The translations under genes were made by a program, and so were the position numbers. A DNA stretch of 63,949 nt, filler included, from Stramenopiles sp. TOSAG23-3 (taxonomy: Eukaryota): NCBI GenBank assembly GCA_900128585.1. It is 12 parts of 12 records of this genome, joined end to end, with 100 filler letters (N's around TTAATTAATTAA, not from the genome) between each part and the next. Parts side by side here need not be neighbours in the genome. Positions count along the whole stretch, not along the records: positions 20,233 to 26,858 come from LT643281.1; positions 26,959 to 33,576 come from LT643282.1; 10 more parts are not named here. One strand, 5' to 3'. Under the pieces are notes generated by a model. The model was given only the letters and a program-made list of their open reading frames with translations, was not told the origin of the DNA and ran no database searches. Shown here piece after piece: positions 20,849 to 30,227 of this stretch (position 1 is the first letter of the stretch; every line of letters begins with the position of its first letter).

Positions 20849-21100
20849 ATGACTCAAGATTTTTCCTTGAGTGGGAAGGGGATGGCGCTCGCTTTTGTTT
20901 CTGGTGCGCTAATTGCAGGCGGGGGACTAGTCTTGCAGACGTTTTGGGAGAAAAAAGAAGTAGCGAAGAAGAAAACGATTGCTTATGCCGCTACTGCTGG
21001 TGCAGCCTTAAACCTGGGATTTTATCTTTGGTTGCCGTCTGTGTTCAGACAAAGTTGGCAAAGTTGGGATAAAATAGACAAAGCAAAAAAAAGAAAGTAA
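20849..21100 (+). CDS. Small hypothetical membrane protein with two TM segments
   Basis: 83-aa ATG ORF; two Gly/Ala-rich hydrophobic segments; basic tail. Confidence 0.55.
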   Translation: MTQDFSLSGKGMALAFVSGALIAGGGLVLQTFWEKKEVAKKKTIAYAATAGAALNLGFYLWLPSVFRQSWQSWDKIDKAKKRK

Positions 21101-21554
21101 AGAAAACAGAAAAGGCCAAATTTATTACAACAATTTCTTCTTTTTCTCTCCTTCTTTCTGGAATCTGGAACCTGGAACCCCCATTAATAATAATAGTAGT
21201 ATAATTAATTGTACTCTAATATTATTATTTACCTATATAATATCACGGCTGCGAATCAAATAGTAATAATAAATCCGTTTCCGTTTTTACTTTTTTTTTC
21301 ATAGAAGAGCCTGATGTGTTAACTCATATTTTTGTATTCCCCTTTTGTTGTTGTTGTATCGTATGATGATGATGTTGTATTTATTATTAGTAGTGTTTCT
21401 TTGTATAAATACTACAATTGATTCTTCTGTATAATATATATGCACCCATTCTTAGTTTCCGACGATTGCTTTTTGAAAAAGGCAAGAAGTAGCATATCAT
21501 TGTCCTATCTCACCGCTAATTTATCCCGGATAACGTTCCTTTGCGGTGTACACA

Positions 21555-24500
21555 ATGCCCATCGCGTTAGAAGATGAGGTGACCTTACCAGACGGACGGA
21601 GTGGCACCGTAAAGGGTATTCATGGAGACGACTGGTATTCGGTGACCTTGGCGGCCGGCGAAGAAGTAAAAATACAATTGGAAAAAATATCTGAGGGCGG
21701 GGACAATGGGGCGGAGGAGGACGCCTCGAGCGAAACCTCGGATGATGCGTCGACGAAGGTGGAACAAAAGGAAGAGAGAATTCGTTCCTCACTTTTAGAA
21801 GATGCGCCTCAAAAGTCAGAGAGTGAAATTGTTGAAGAGCTGCAACAGTCGAGGCGCAACAAGAAACGTCAGGCTGACACCGTGGATATTCCGAACCAGG
21901 ACATTGAAGATAAAATTCCACCCAAGCGGTTGATTAGTATATTGAAGGACCAAGTGGTAAAGCGTAACCTGATCATTAATACAATCCGAGAAGCATACGA
22001 AAAAGACGTCATACTTCTCCGAAACCAACTGTACGCTTGGCGGGAAAATAAGCCGAAGCACATGATGGACCAGCGCGCCATTTTGGATGCGGTTCCCTCC
22101 ACGGACTTTGGAGGATGCATCCAATTTTTTGAGCCTGCGAACTACCAACTGAGGTTTCGAAAGTGCCCGCGCTGCTCTGGTTCAGTCGAATTGGTACAGG
22201 CAGAATTACACAGGGGCAAACGCGACCCTACCCCAGAGGAAATCGAACTAGGGAACAAGGTGGAGGCATTGGAGAAAGAGTTGAAGTTGTTCAAGGGCGG
22301 AGCGGCATATTTAAACAAATACTGTAGCGATACTACCAAAGACATGGAGTTAAAAATGATAGACATGAAGAGGCAGCGCGACAAAGCGTACGAAACAGTA
22401 GAGAAGATAAAGCTAAAACCTGGTTACGACACATTGCAGAGAAATTTGGAGCGGGCCACGCGGCAGTACATTACCATGGAGAAGCAAATGAAGAAAGACA
22501 TTGCGGAGGAAAAGCATAAGGGTAAAGTCCTTCAATCTCGGGTCGACGAAGCAAACCAAGGAATCGATGAACTTCAAATTCAATTGTCCGAGTCACGCAG
22601 CCAAAACCAAAAGATTACAGTACAAAAGGAGGGCTTGTCGAAGGAGCTGGAGACTGCAAACAACATAATCAAAGAAAAAAAGACAGAAATAAAGAACTTG
22701 CGAACGCAGACAGAGAGGGCACTGGCAAAGGCCAAGCATGCCGAAAACCAGAGAGACAAACAAGCAGGCGAAATGGAGTCCAGCATTGAGATGCTGAGAA
22801 AAGGTTTTCAAAAAGCACAGAAGCAAGAGCGCAAAGCCGTGCGGGCGCGCGACATGTTCCAAGAAGAATTAAAGCAGGCTCGTCTAACACATTCGCTGTA
22901 CGTAATAAAGTCCACTGTAAAATCATGGCTGGTGGCGGAGCAGGGCCGTGCCTTTCAAAAGTGGCGATTGGCGACGACGCAGATAGCCGTCAGCAATATG
23001 GGAGAAGCAGGCATTGTGATTGAAAAGCTGCGTGCGGAGATAGATAAATTAAAGGTTGATGTGAAAGAAGGCACCGACAGAGAGGCAGTCTTGAAGGACA
23101 AAATAAAAGTGACGGAGGAGCGAGTTTCTGAACAGGCGAAAAGGATCAGCGAGTTGCTAAGCACTTGCACAGAAGAGCACCGTAGCAGCACTCAAAGAAC
23201 TGTGGAATGGAAACAAAAAGCAAACGATTACGAAAATCTTCTGCATGCTGCTACGCTGAACGCAGTCAAACTGGGAGAGAGAGTTGGACTCTTGGAGAAA
23301 GCCCTCGCGAACGCCAACGACCCCGCCCGAATGATCCGGATGATTGCAGCCGCTACCATCATTCAGACGTATCGGAGGGGGCAACTTGCAAGGCGGCACT
23401 TCGACATTGATGCTTTGTCTTCCGACAAACGGTTGAGGCTAATGAAAGCGGCCAATGCAATCGAAACATTTGCGCACCGCAAAGAAGACATTGTCCATGT
23501 GCTCGACATCGAAGATGAAATGGAGCGCAGGGTTATGGCTGTCAGCATCATACAGAGGCATTATCGAGGGTATCGTGGCCGACTTGCTTTCAAGAATTTG
23601 AACTTGGATGACTTTGAAGAAGAAAAAATGGTTCGGGCTGCCGTTAAGGTCCAGTTAAGGAAGAAAAAACGGCGCACGTTCAGCGGACTCCAGATGCAGC
23701 TGCAGGGCTTACCGGCAGACTCCACACACGCGGCGGCGGCGGCTGCGGCTGCGGCGGCGCACGCCGCAAAATCGAAAGAGCGCACTCCCCACTCCCCAAG
23801 CCGTTTGCCACCAACGGGAGAAGGCGAAGAGCCCAACAGCGCAGAAAATGTTTCTGATACAAACGCGAACGAGCCGGCGGAGGAGGCTGGAGCGGAGAAG
23901 ACCCTCGCTCTTAACGACCTTGAACAGGCCACTTCCCCTTTTCCCAGTCCTCCGCACTCCCCCCACTCCGTGCACGACGAGGTTCATGATCGTGCTCAAG
24001 TCGCCATGGTAAACCAGGTTCACAGGCAAAGGGAACAGTTGAAAGCGGCTAAATTTCTACAAAAAGTGTTTCGGCCAAACTTGCAGTTGGCCCTGTTGAA
24101 AACACTCATGTTATGGAGGGAGAAAACCGTTGGACATCGAGCAGAGGAGAAGGTTTCTAACTTGACCAGCGCCCACGAGGTCGTTGTCAAGGAGGCAAAA
24201 GCGGTGGAAGAGCAATTGATAGTCGATTTGGAGAAAGAGAAGTACGGCGTTCAAAATGCAATTGCGAAGGGGGAATTCTTCAAGGAAAAGTTTGAGAAGA
24301 AAAAAGGGGAGCTTAAGGCTTCCGAGGAGGTCAATAGTAAGCTTAAAACAGTCTTACGGCAGCACGAAAATAAAATTCACGAAATCAACGAGGCCATCGC
24401 CGAGCGGTCAAAGCAGCTGGAGAAAGAGAAACAGCGTGTTTCTGATTTAGAAAAGGACAAGGTTGAGCTAGAAACCCTGGCCAAAACCCAGGAGCAAACA

Positions 24501-25343
24501 ATTCAGGCAAAGGTAAGCGCCATCGGACAGCTGCACGAAAAAGCAGAGAAGGCTAAGAACGAATCACGCCAGAACAACTTCAAGCACCAGCAAAGCATGC
24601 AACGAATAGCCGTCCTGACGCAGGAAGTGGACAGGCTGCAGAAAGACCTGAAGTTCACGAAAGAACGGGTGGCAACCTTGTCTACGGATTTATTCAAAAC
24701 CCGGAGAATTGCAACGAACGACGCATATCGAGCCGACGTCATGCAATCGACCGTCACGAAAATAAATGGTATGGCAAACTGCCTTCCAGCAGAACCGATG
24801 GATGGAATCAACGTAGAGAAAGGTGCTGACAAGATCACGGTCGAGTCCAGGCTGTCAAATTTATCCAACAAGTTGAGCGTCTACGTAGAGAATGTGAAGA
24901 ATTACAAAACTTCCGTAGCCACGCATGTCCAAGCTAATAGCTTTACTACCGAGTGCATTGTCAGCGATGGGCTGAACATCTGGCCCGACCCAAGCCGCAT
25001 GAAGGGTAACGTGGGCCGCAAAAGCGTGTTGGACCCGAAAAAAATGATGATGCGGCGATTGAAAAGCCCGGAGAAATTTCACGTCCGGCGTCCGCATACA
25101 TCCGACACTTCCACGCGGCCCCGCCGGGTACCCCTGGAAGCGACGGATAAATTTCCACCACCTTCCAACTTTCTGATGGAGCGCACAAACGAGAAAGGGA
25201 AACCCCAGTTTCTTCTGGCCCCACTGCAGACAAAGTCCCGTGAGGGATCACCAGGGGGCAGCCCTGCCTCACTGCGCCGATCTTCGTCGAGAGGGGGCAC
25301 GGAATTATCACCACCTAGAAAAATGTACAGTTGGATGGAATGA
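21555..25343 (+). CDS. Large coiled-coil protein with IQ calmodulin-binding motifs
   Basis: AATIIQTYRRGQLARR and AVSIIQRHYRGYRGR; long E/K/L heptad regions. Confidence 0.85.
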   Translation: MPIALEDEVTLPDGRSGTVKGIHGDDWYSVTLAAGEEVKIQLEKISEGGDNGAEEDASSETSDDASTKVEQKEERIRSSLLEDAPQKSESEIVEELQQSRRNKKRQADTVDIPNQDIEDKIPPKRLISILKDQVVKRNLIINTIREAYEKDVILLRNQLYAWRENKPKHMMDQRAILDAVPSTDFGGCIQFFEPANYQLRFRKCPRCSGSVELVQAELHRGKRDPTPEEIELGNKVEALEKELKLFKGGAAYLNKYCSDTTKDMELKMIDMKRQRDKAYETVEKIKLKPGYDTLQRNLERATRQYITMEKQMKKDIAEEKHKGKVLQSRVDEANQGIDELQIQLSESRSQNQKITVQKEGLSKELETANNIIKEKKTEIKNLRTQTERALAKAKHAENQRDKQAGEMESSIEMLRKGFQKAQKQERKAVRARDMFQEELKQARLTHSLYVIKSTVKSWLVAEQGRAFQKWRLATTQIAVSNMGEAGIVIEKLRAEIDKLKVDVKEGTDREAVLKDKIKVTEERVSEQAKRISELLSTCTEEHRSSTQRTVEWKQKANDYENLLHAATLNAVKLGERVGLLEKALANANDPARMIRMIAAATIIQTYRRGQLARRHFDIDALSSDKRLRLMKAANAIETFAHRKEDIVHVLDIEDEMERRVMAVSIIQRHYRGYRGRLAFKNLNLDDFEEEKMVRAAVKVQLRKKKRRTFSGLQMQLQGLPADSTHAAAAAAAAAAHAAKSKERTPHSPSRLPPTGEGEEPNSAENVSDTNANEPAEEAGAEKTLALNDLEQATSPFPSPPHSPHSVHDEVHDRAQVAMVNQVHRQREQLKAAKFLQKVFRPNLQLALLKTLMLWREKTVGHRAEEKVSNLTSAHEVVVKEAKAVEEQLIVDLEKEKYGVQNAIAKGEFFKEKFEKKKGELKASEEVNSKLKTVLRQHENKIHEINEAIAERSKQLEKEKQRVSDLEKDKVELETLAKTQEQTIQAKVSAIGQLHEKAEKAKNESRQNNFKHQQSMQRIAVLTQEVDRLQKDLKFTKERVATLSTDLFKTRRIATNDAYRADVMQSTVTKINGMANCLPAEPMDGINVEKGADKITVESRLSNLSNKLSVYVENVKNYKTSVATHVQANSFTTECIVSDGLNIWPDPSRMKGNVGRKSVLDPKKMMMRRLKSPEKFHVRRPHTSDTSTRPRRVPLEATDKFPPPSNFLMERTNEKGKPQFLLAPLQTKSREGSPGGSPASLRRSSSRGGTELSPPRKMYSWME

Positions 25344-25508
25344 CAGAATTGGGAGTTCGGGTGACCCAGAAGGGGGGGGGGGTGTAAGCTTTAAATAAGA
25401 GTGTTTACAAATTTTAATGCATGTACATGATACATGTACACGTAAGAATAACTAAAAACCACACGCTGTGTGCTGTGCTAGCATATTAAATTACTGTGGC
25501 TGTGTTTT

Positions 25509-25856
25509 TTAATTTAATGCTACCTGAGGTTTCACGTCTACTGGGGTTACAGGCAATGGTTTGGACGACTTCTTCAAATGTTGTTTCCTAAGCGCTGCAA
25601 TAAATGTTTTTTCGGGCGGGCTTTCGCATGAATAAGGACCGGGACTGGAACCGGAACACTGATAGTATTCATCACAGCACTCGCACACGCTTGGGCACCC
25701 ACAGCACTGCCACCCATCGGGACAATTCTGGTAGGCGCAGCAGGAAAAGCATTTGTCGTCTTCTGTTTGGGCAACTGTCGTCAGGCCCAGCACTGCAGGT
25801 GCTAGCAAAACGCACGCCGGCACCAGGAATAGAAATAATTTCAAGAGCGACACCAT
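25509..25856 (-). CDS. Small secreted cysteine-rich protein
   Basis: Signal peptide followed by 12 Cys in ~42 aa, including three CC pairs. Confidence 0.7.
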   Translation of the reverse strand: MVSLLKLFLFLVPACVLLAPAVLGLTTVAQTEDDKCFSCCAYQNCPDGWQCCGCPSVCECCDEYYQCSGSSPGPYSCESPPEKTFIAALRKQHLKKSSKPLPVTPVDVKPQVALN

Positions 25857-26959
25857 ATTTGTACAGACTATTATAATAATTACTCAAAATTGCGTCAAAG
25901 AATCACGAAAATTTAAAGCGCAGACGAAAGAAAACGAGCAGACTTAGGAACCTTCTGTTCACTGTCGGAACGAAAAGTCAGCCACCTGGTGTCTGTTTTT
26001 TCACAATTGCTTCCACTTCGAGAGGTCGTTCGTGGCTTGGTACGAACAAAACGTTTCAATACCCGTACCTATCGCTTATGTAAGTATAAGAAAAGGGACA
26101 GATTCGGAATGATACAAATCAACTTATACGTATGTAGGAAACTCAAGGAAACCATTCTCTAAAATAATACATGTCATATATTACGAATATCCGGAAGAAT
26201 ACAAAAAATAATGGGGTCTGTGTTTCTTCTTTCTCTTTGGTCTTGTTAGTGTACTACAACGGGGTGTCCCCGGTATAATAAAAATTAATTAATTAGTAGC
26301 GGCGGAGCAAAACAATAATAAAATGGAAAAAAAATAATAGAAGAGAAGAAGTAAAAAAAATATCAAAAAAACAATGGTATTCTTATGTTATAATAAATTA
26401 CTGAATCTTCTTCTTCCTGTTTCTTTTTTCTTCTTTTTTCTTCTTCTGGAAGAAGAACGAATCATAAATTAAATATATTTATTACTAATATATCCAAATA
26501 TATCTACGTTATATTTCTTTATATATATATATTTATAAATAAGCTTTTCTATATATTTAACATTTTTATCAATCTACCCTGTTTTCAACTGTCAGTCAGT
26601 ACACACCATCCACCAAATCCAAAATAAAAAAGAAATTGGACACACTCCACTCCTAAATTTCCTTCCTATGTAAACATGCTAGACTAAGAATACTATTAAT
26701 TAAAATATTCTTCCTTCCTATATTTTAAATTTATAATTATTATAATTAGATACGAGTAGTCAAGTCGTCTAGACAACGAGAAGACATTTTGATTGCCTTG
26801 TTTGAAATGATTGGTTATTCCTGTGTCCTTGTTATAAAATATTTATATTTTATTACTANNNNNNNNNNNNNNNNNNNNNNNNNNNNNNNNNNNNNNNNNN
26901 NNTTAATTAATTAANNNNNNNNNNNNNNNNNNNNNNNNNNNNNNNNNNNNNNNNNNNNT

Positions 26960-27316
26960 TTGCGGAAGAAGGAGGGGTCAAGAAAGATCGTGGACATCGT
27001 TAAAATGGCCGGAGAGAGCGCACGGAAGCACAAACTGAAGAAGGACGCAGACTTGTCGAACTTGGTCGGAAACGGTATGAAGGCTTTGATTCCTTGCCTT
27101 GGGGACGTGAATGATCCCATCGTTGAGCAGATGTCGCAAATGGGCTTGATAGAAAACGTAATTGAAGTTCTTAAGGGATGTGGCGAAGGGCCCGTGAAAA
27201 AGAACACTGCGATCGTGCTGGCCAAATTATGCCGACACCCCAAGCTAAATACCAAAATCCGAGCATTGCGCGGGGTAGAAATTTTAATGTCTTTGGGCAA
27301 AGAATTAGGGCTGTAA
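26960..27316 (+). CDS. TTC12: C-terminal fragment of an ARM-repeat protein, TTC12-like (5'-truncated)
   Basis: VKKNTAIVLAKLC…KIRALRGVEIL resembles the TTC12 C-terminus. Confidence 0.6.
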   Translation: MRKKEGSRKIVDIVKMAGESARKHKLKKDADLSNLVGNGMKALIPCLGDVNDPIVEQMSQMGLIENVIEVLKGCGEGPVKKNTAIVLAKLCRHPKLNTKIRALRGVEILMSLGKELGL

Positions 27317-27596
27317 ATGTAAGAGGTTGGAGCACGGTGTGGAGAGTAAGGGTTGTGTCTGTCTGCGTGTGTATTTTGATAATGCGTGCCATAAGATTAA
27401 ATAACCTAAATAACAGAGAGCCATTATATTTTTGCTTTTAAATACTTTTGTAAGTTCGTACCCAAGAGAGGGTGTAATTTTTCATTTTATGTAAAGTTTG
27501 CTTTTTGACAAAACTAATTTTATAAGTCTGACATAAACTTATACTCGCGTATTATTATGATACATACACCATACAGTAAAACTTCCTCGGCGCATC

Positions 27597-28466
27597 TTAC
27601 GGGTGCACCTGCCTGTGGTTAAAATCTAGTTCCGCCAAGGTGTGGGGTCGTTGGATCAACAAATTTTCAACATGCCGCCAAGCAGACGGCAATACCTCGC
27701 GGTTGAAATTCATCAAAAAATATTGCTCTGCGGTCATGCCGGCAGTGTTCTTCGCAATCCTCCACTTTTTCTGCCACGTATTCAGCACGGCAATAAGAGC
27801 GTAACCGTGCAGGTTGGCCAAAAGGGATTCTGGACCATCTTTTCCCCGGACAAGAGGAAGCAAGCCCAGAAAGCCTAAGTAATCGGACCGCCTCCCCCCG
27901 TCTGAAATCTGAAACGTTGGCTCCTCTAAACCACCATAAGGTGAGATGAAAATCCCTTCTATCTTTGTGTTCAGCTGGAGGTGATAGACTAAAGTGTAGG
28001 TCACGTTGAAGCTACACGCGGCAAACGGGAACAGCGGGTGGTCTTTTATCATCGCGCGCATTTTTATGCCGTACTGCTGTGCAAAGATGGCCAAGTGCTT
28101 TACGCCCAAATACCTTGACCCCCTTATGTCGCTCGTGGGGTCGCTATGTTGGAAACCCAATTCCTTCCACGGGATCTGCTTCATAATGCTCTGAAAGCGC
28201 TCGTGCAACTCCTCCAACTCGTCTTCAGCTTTCGGCTGGGTGCTAGGGGCGACGTCCTCGTTCGACACCAAGTGCGACCCTGGGCATGCAATCTTCCATA
28301 CTTTTAGAAGCAGGCGCATGTGGTCTAAATTTCCACTACTCCAGTTAACTGCAACCGCCCCTCTTATCTCATTCACCATCCTAAGTTCTGCCGGGGTGCA
28401 AAGGCTCGTAAACGTGTCCGTGCTCTGGCCCGTAAACTTGAACGGGCACTCGCACACTTTTAACAT
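27597..28466 (-). CDS. ELMO/CED-12 domain protein (ELMOD-like); start codon uncertain
   Basis: WKELGFQHSDPTSDIRG..LG..HL and PFAACSFNVT. Confidence 0.85.
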   Translation of the reverse strand: MLKVCECPFKFTGQSTDTFTSLCTPAELRMVNEIRGAVAVNWSSGNLDHMRLLLKVWKIACPGSHLVSNEDVAPSTQPKAEDELEELHERFQSIMKQIPWKELGFQHSDPTSDIRGSRYLGVKHLAIFAQQYGIKMRAMIKDHPLFPFAACSFNVTYTLVYHLQLNTKIEGIFISPYGGLEEPTFQISDGGRRSDYLGFLGLLPLVRGKDGPESLLANLHGYALIAVLNTWQKKWRIAKNTAGMTAEQYFLMNFNREVLPSAWRHVENLLIQRPHTLAELDFNHRQVHP

Positions 28467-29118
28467 GGGACACCAGACAACGTTGTTTCCAAAAATAATA
28501 CAACAATTTTCAAAGAACAATAAAGCACGTACACACTTTCGTTTTGTTACCCCCCTCTTCCTTAAAAAAAAAAAGAAATGAATACACCAATCAATGGATT
28601 ACTATTCTTAATAAACATTTTTGTTTTTCTTCATTCTTTTAATTTTATTATTATTGTCGACGACTATTATTATGAGCAAGCAGCAGCAGCGAATATCTTT
28701 TTTCTTCTTCTTCATTCTTCTTCTTCTTTCTTAGTAGGACTAATATATTTAATAAGGAAATATCATGAAGAATCTTCTAATTTAAAATCTTCAATAATAA
28801 AATAATCATCTTCTTCTTTTAAAAGAATATCTATTAGAAAAAAACTAAATCAATAATAATAATAATCAATAATAAGTATAATTTCTATAGAGTAGATAGT
28901 ACTACTTGGTAGACAAAAATCTAGTTATGATCGTCTTCTTCTTCTAATAAAAATGTTAATGATATCTAATATAATGTTTCCTTTCTTTCTTTTTATTAGT
29001 TAATGTTCCATCTCACGTTTCCCTCTCTCCCCCCTTGGTGTTAGTTTCTATTTTAGTGAGTTTGTTCAGTTGACAGGTGTACAGTGGTTTGGGGAGTTTC
29101 GGCTGTATACATATAATC

Positions 29119-29715
29119 ATGGGAAACAAAACAAGCTCTGAGGGTGGCGAGGGGGAGCGCGGTGCAAAAAGTGGTAATAGCTCATACGTAGGGATGGACC
29201 CCGCGTTGACTGGGAAACGGGTCAGCAAGTTCCAGTCGCTTCGGGAACATTTAAAGGACGATCATAAGTCCGTTTTTGAACAGCATGCGCTGAAACTGCA
29301 CGATAGCAACGTGTTACGAGTCTATGAGATTTATCAAGAGAAGCTGAAGGCCTCGGCAAAGCGAATGTACAAGAACCAGGATTTAATAGTGGAGTCGATG
29401 GCGCTAAGAAAGAAAGAGTGTAAGGATTGTGCAGGAAAGTTGAAAGGCATGTGCGAAAGTAACACGACCAAAGTGTCTAATTTAAAAATAGAATGTCTTG
29501 CCCTTGAAGACATTCTTGCGAAGACAGTAGCCGACGTAGGGCGCCTGTTTGAGAAAGCGGAGCAGTTGGACAAGACCTTGGTAGCAATCGCAGGTGATCA
29601 AGTAGACGGGAACGGACGGCGCTCGGTCGAAATCAAAGATACTCTGCCTTACTTGCAGAACCAAACGATTACAAGGACTGTCAGCGGAATCGACGAGGAA
29701 ATAAATAATTTGTGA
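29119..29715 (+). CDS. Predicted N-myristoylated coiled-coil protein, BORCS5/myrlysin-like
   Basis: MGNKTS start; KLHDSNVLRVYEIYQEKLKASAKRMYKNQDLI resembles the BORCS5 core KLDSQQVLQLCLRYQDHL..CAEAV..DQNAL. Confidence 0.5.
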   Translation: MGNKTSSEGGEGERGAKSGNSSYVGMDPALTGKRVSKFQSLREHLKDDHKSVFEQHALKLHDSNVLRVYEIYQEKLKASAKRMYKNQDLIVESMALRKKECKDCAGKLKGMCESNTTKVSNLKIECLALEDILAKTVADVGRLFEKAEQLDKTLVAIAGDQVDGNGRRSVEIKDTLPYLQNQTITRTVSGIDEEINNL

Positions 29716-29967
29716 TCGCTATCTCGCGAGAAAATGATTAATAATAAGGGGAGAGTGTAAATAATTAATATAATTCTTAATATTTTATTGCGTGCAATTG
29801 TGCGAAAATTTAATTCTCTCTTTCATTCAAAAAGTTAAAAAATGTCTTTTTAACTATGTTCCAAAATACAATATAGGTATGATGAATAAAACACAGGGGA
29901 AAAGACGAATCTTCTGATGAGTTTTTGTGATGCTAATTAGATGTTAAAGTGTTTGGAGGTTTTTATA

Positions 29968-30140
29968 CCGCGAAAGTGAATCTGCTCCTTTTGTCCAGTA
30001 TGAGTATGATATCAATAAAAAACATACTATATAATCAGTTTTTTTTTCAATAAAAAACAGTATAATTTAATTTTTTTTTTTAGGGTATGAGGAAGCTAAA
30101 TTTAATTACTTGAATAACAGCCAATTTTCTTGTTTTTAAT
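29968..30140. repeat. Two oppositely oriented modules of the 3'-end repeat family
   Basis: GCGAAAGTGAATCTGCTCCTTTTGTCCAGTATGAGTATGAT (29970) and TTAGGGTATGAGGAAGCTAAATTTAATTACTTGAATAACAGCCAATTTTCTTGTTTTTAAT (30080). Confidence 0.9.
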
Positions 30141-30227
30141 TTAATTTTTTTCAATAAAGAACAGCTCCCCCCCCCCCCCCCTCACACCACAGCGAACATC
30201 TGCACTTTCAAGCATCGTGATTTCACC

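Noticed and set aside
29913-29976. CTGATGA…CGAAA suggesting a hammerhead ribozyme next to the repeat
   Set aside because: No stem II, I or III pairing can be formed around the core
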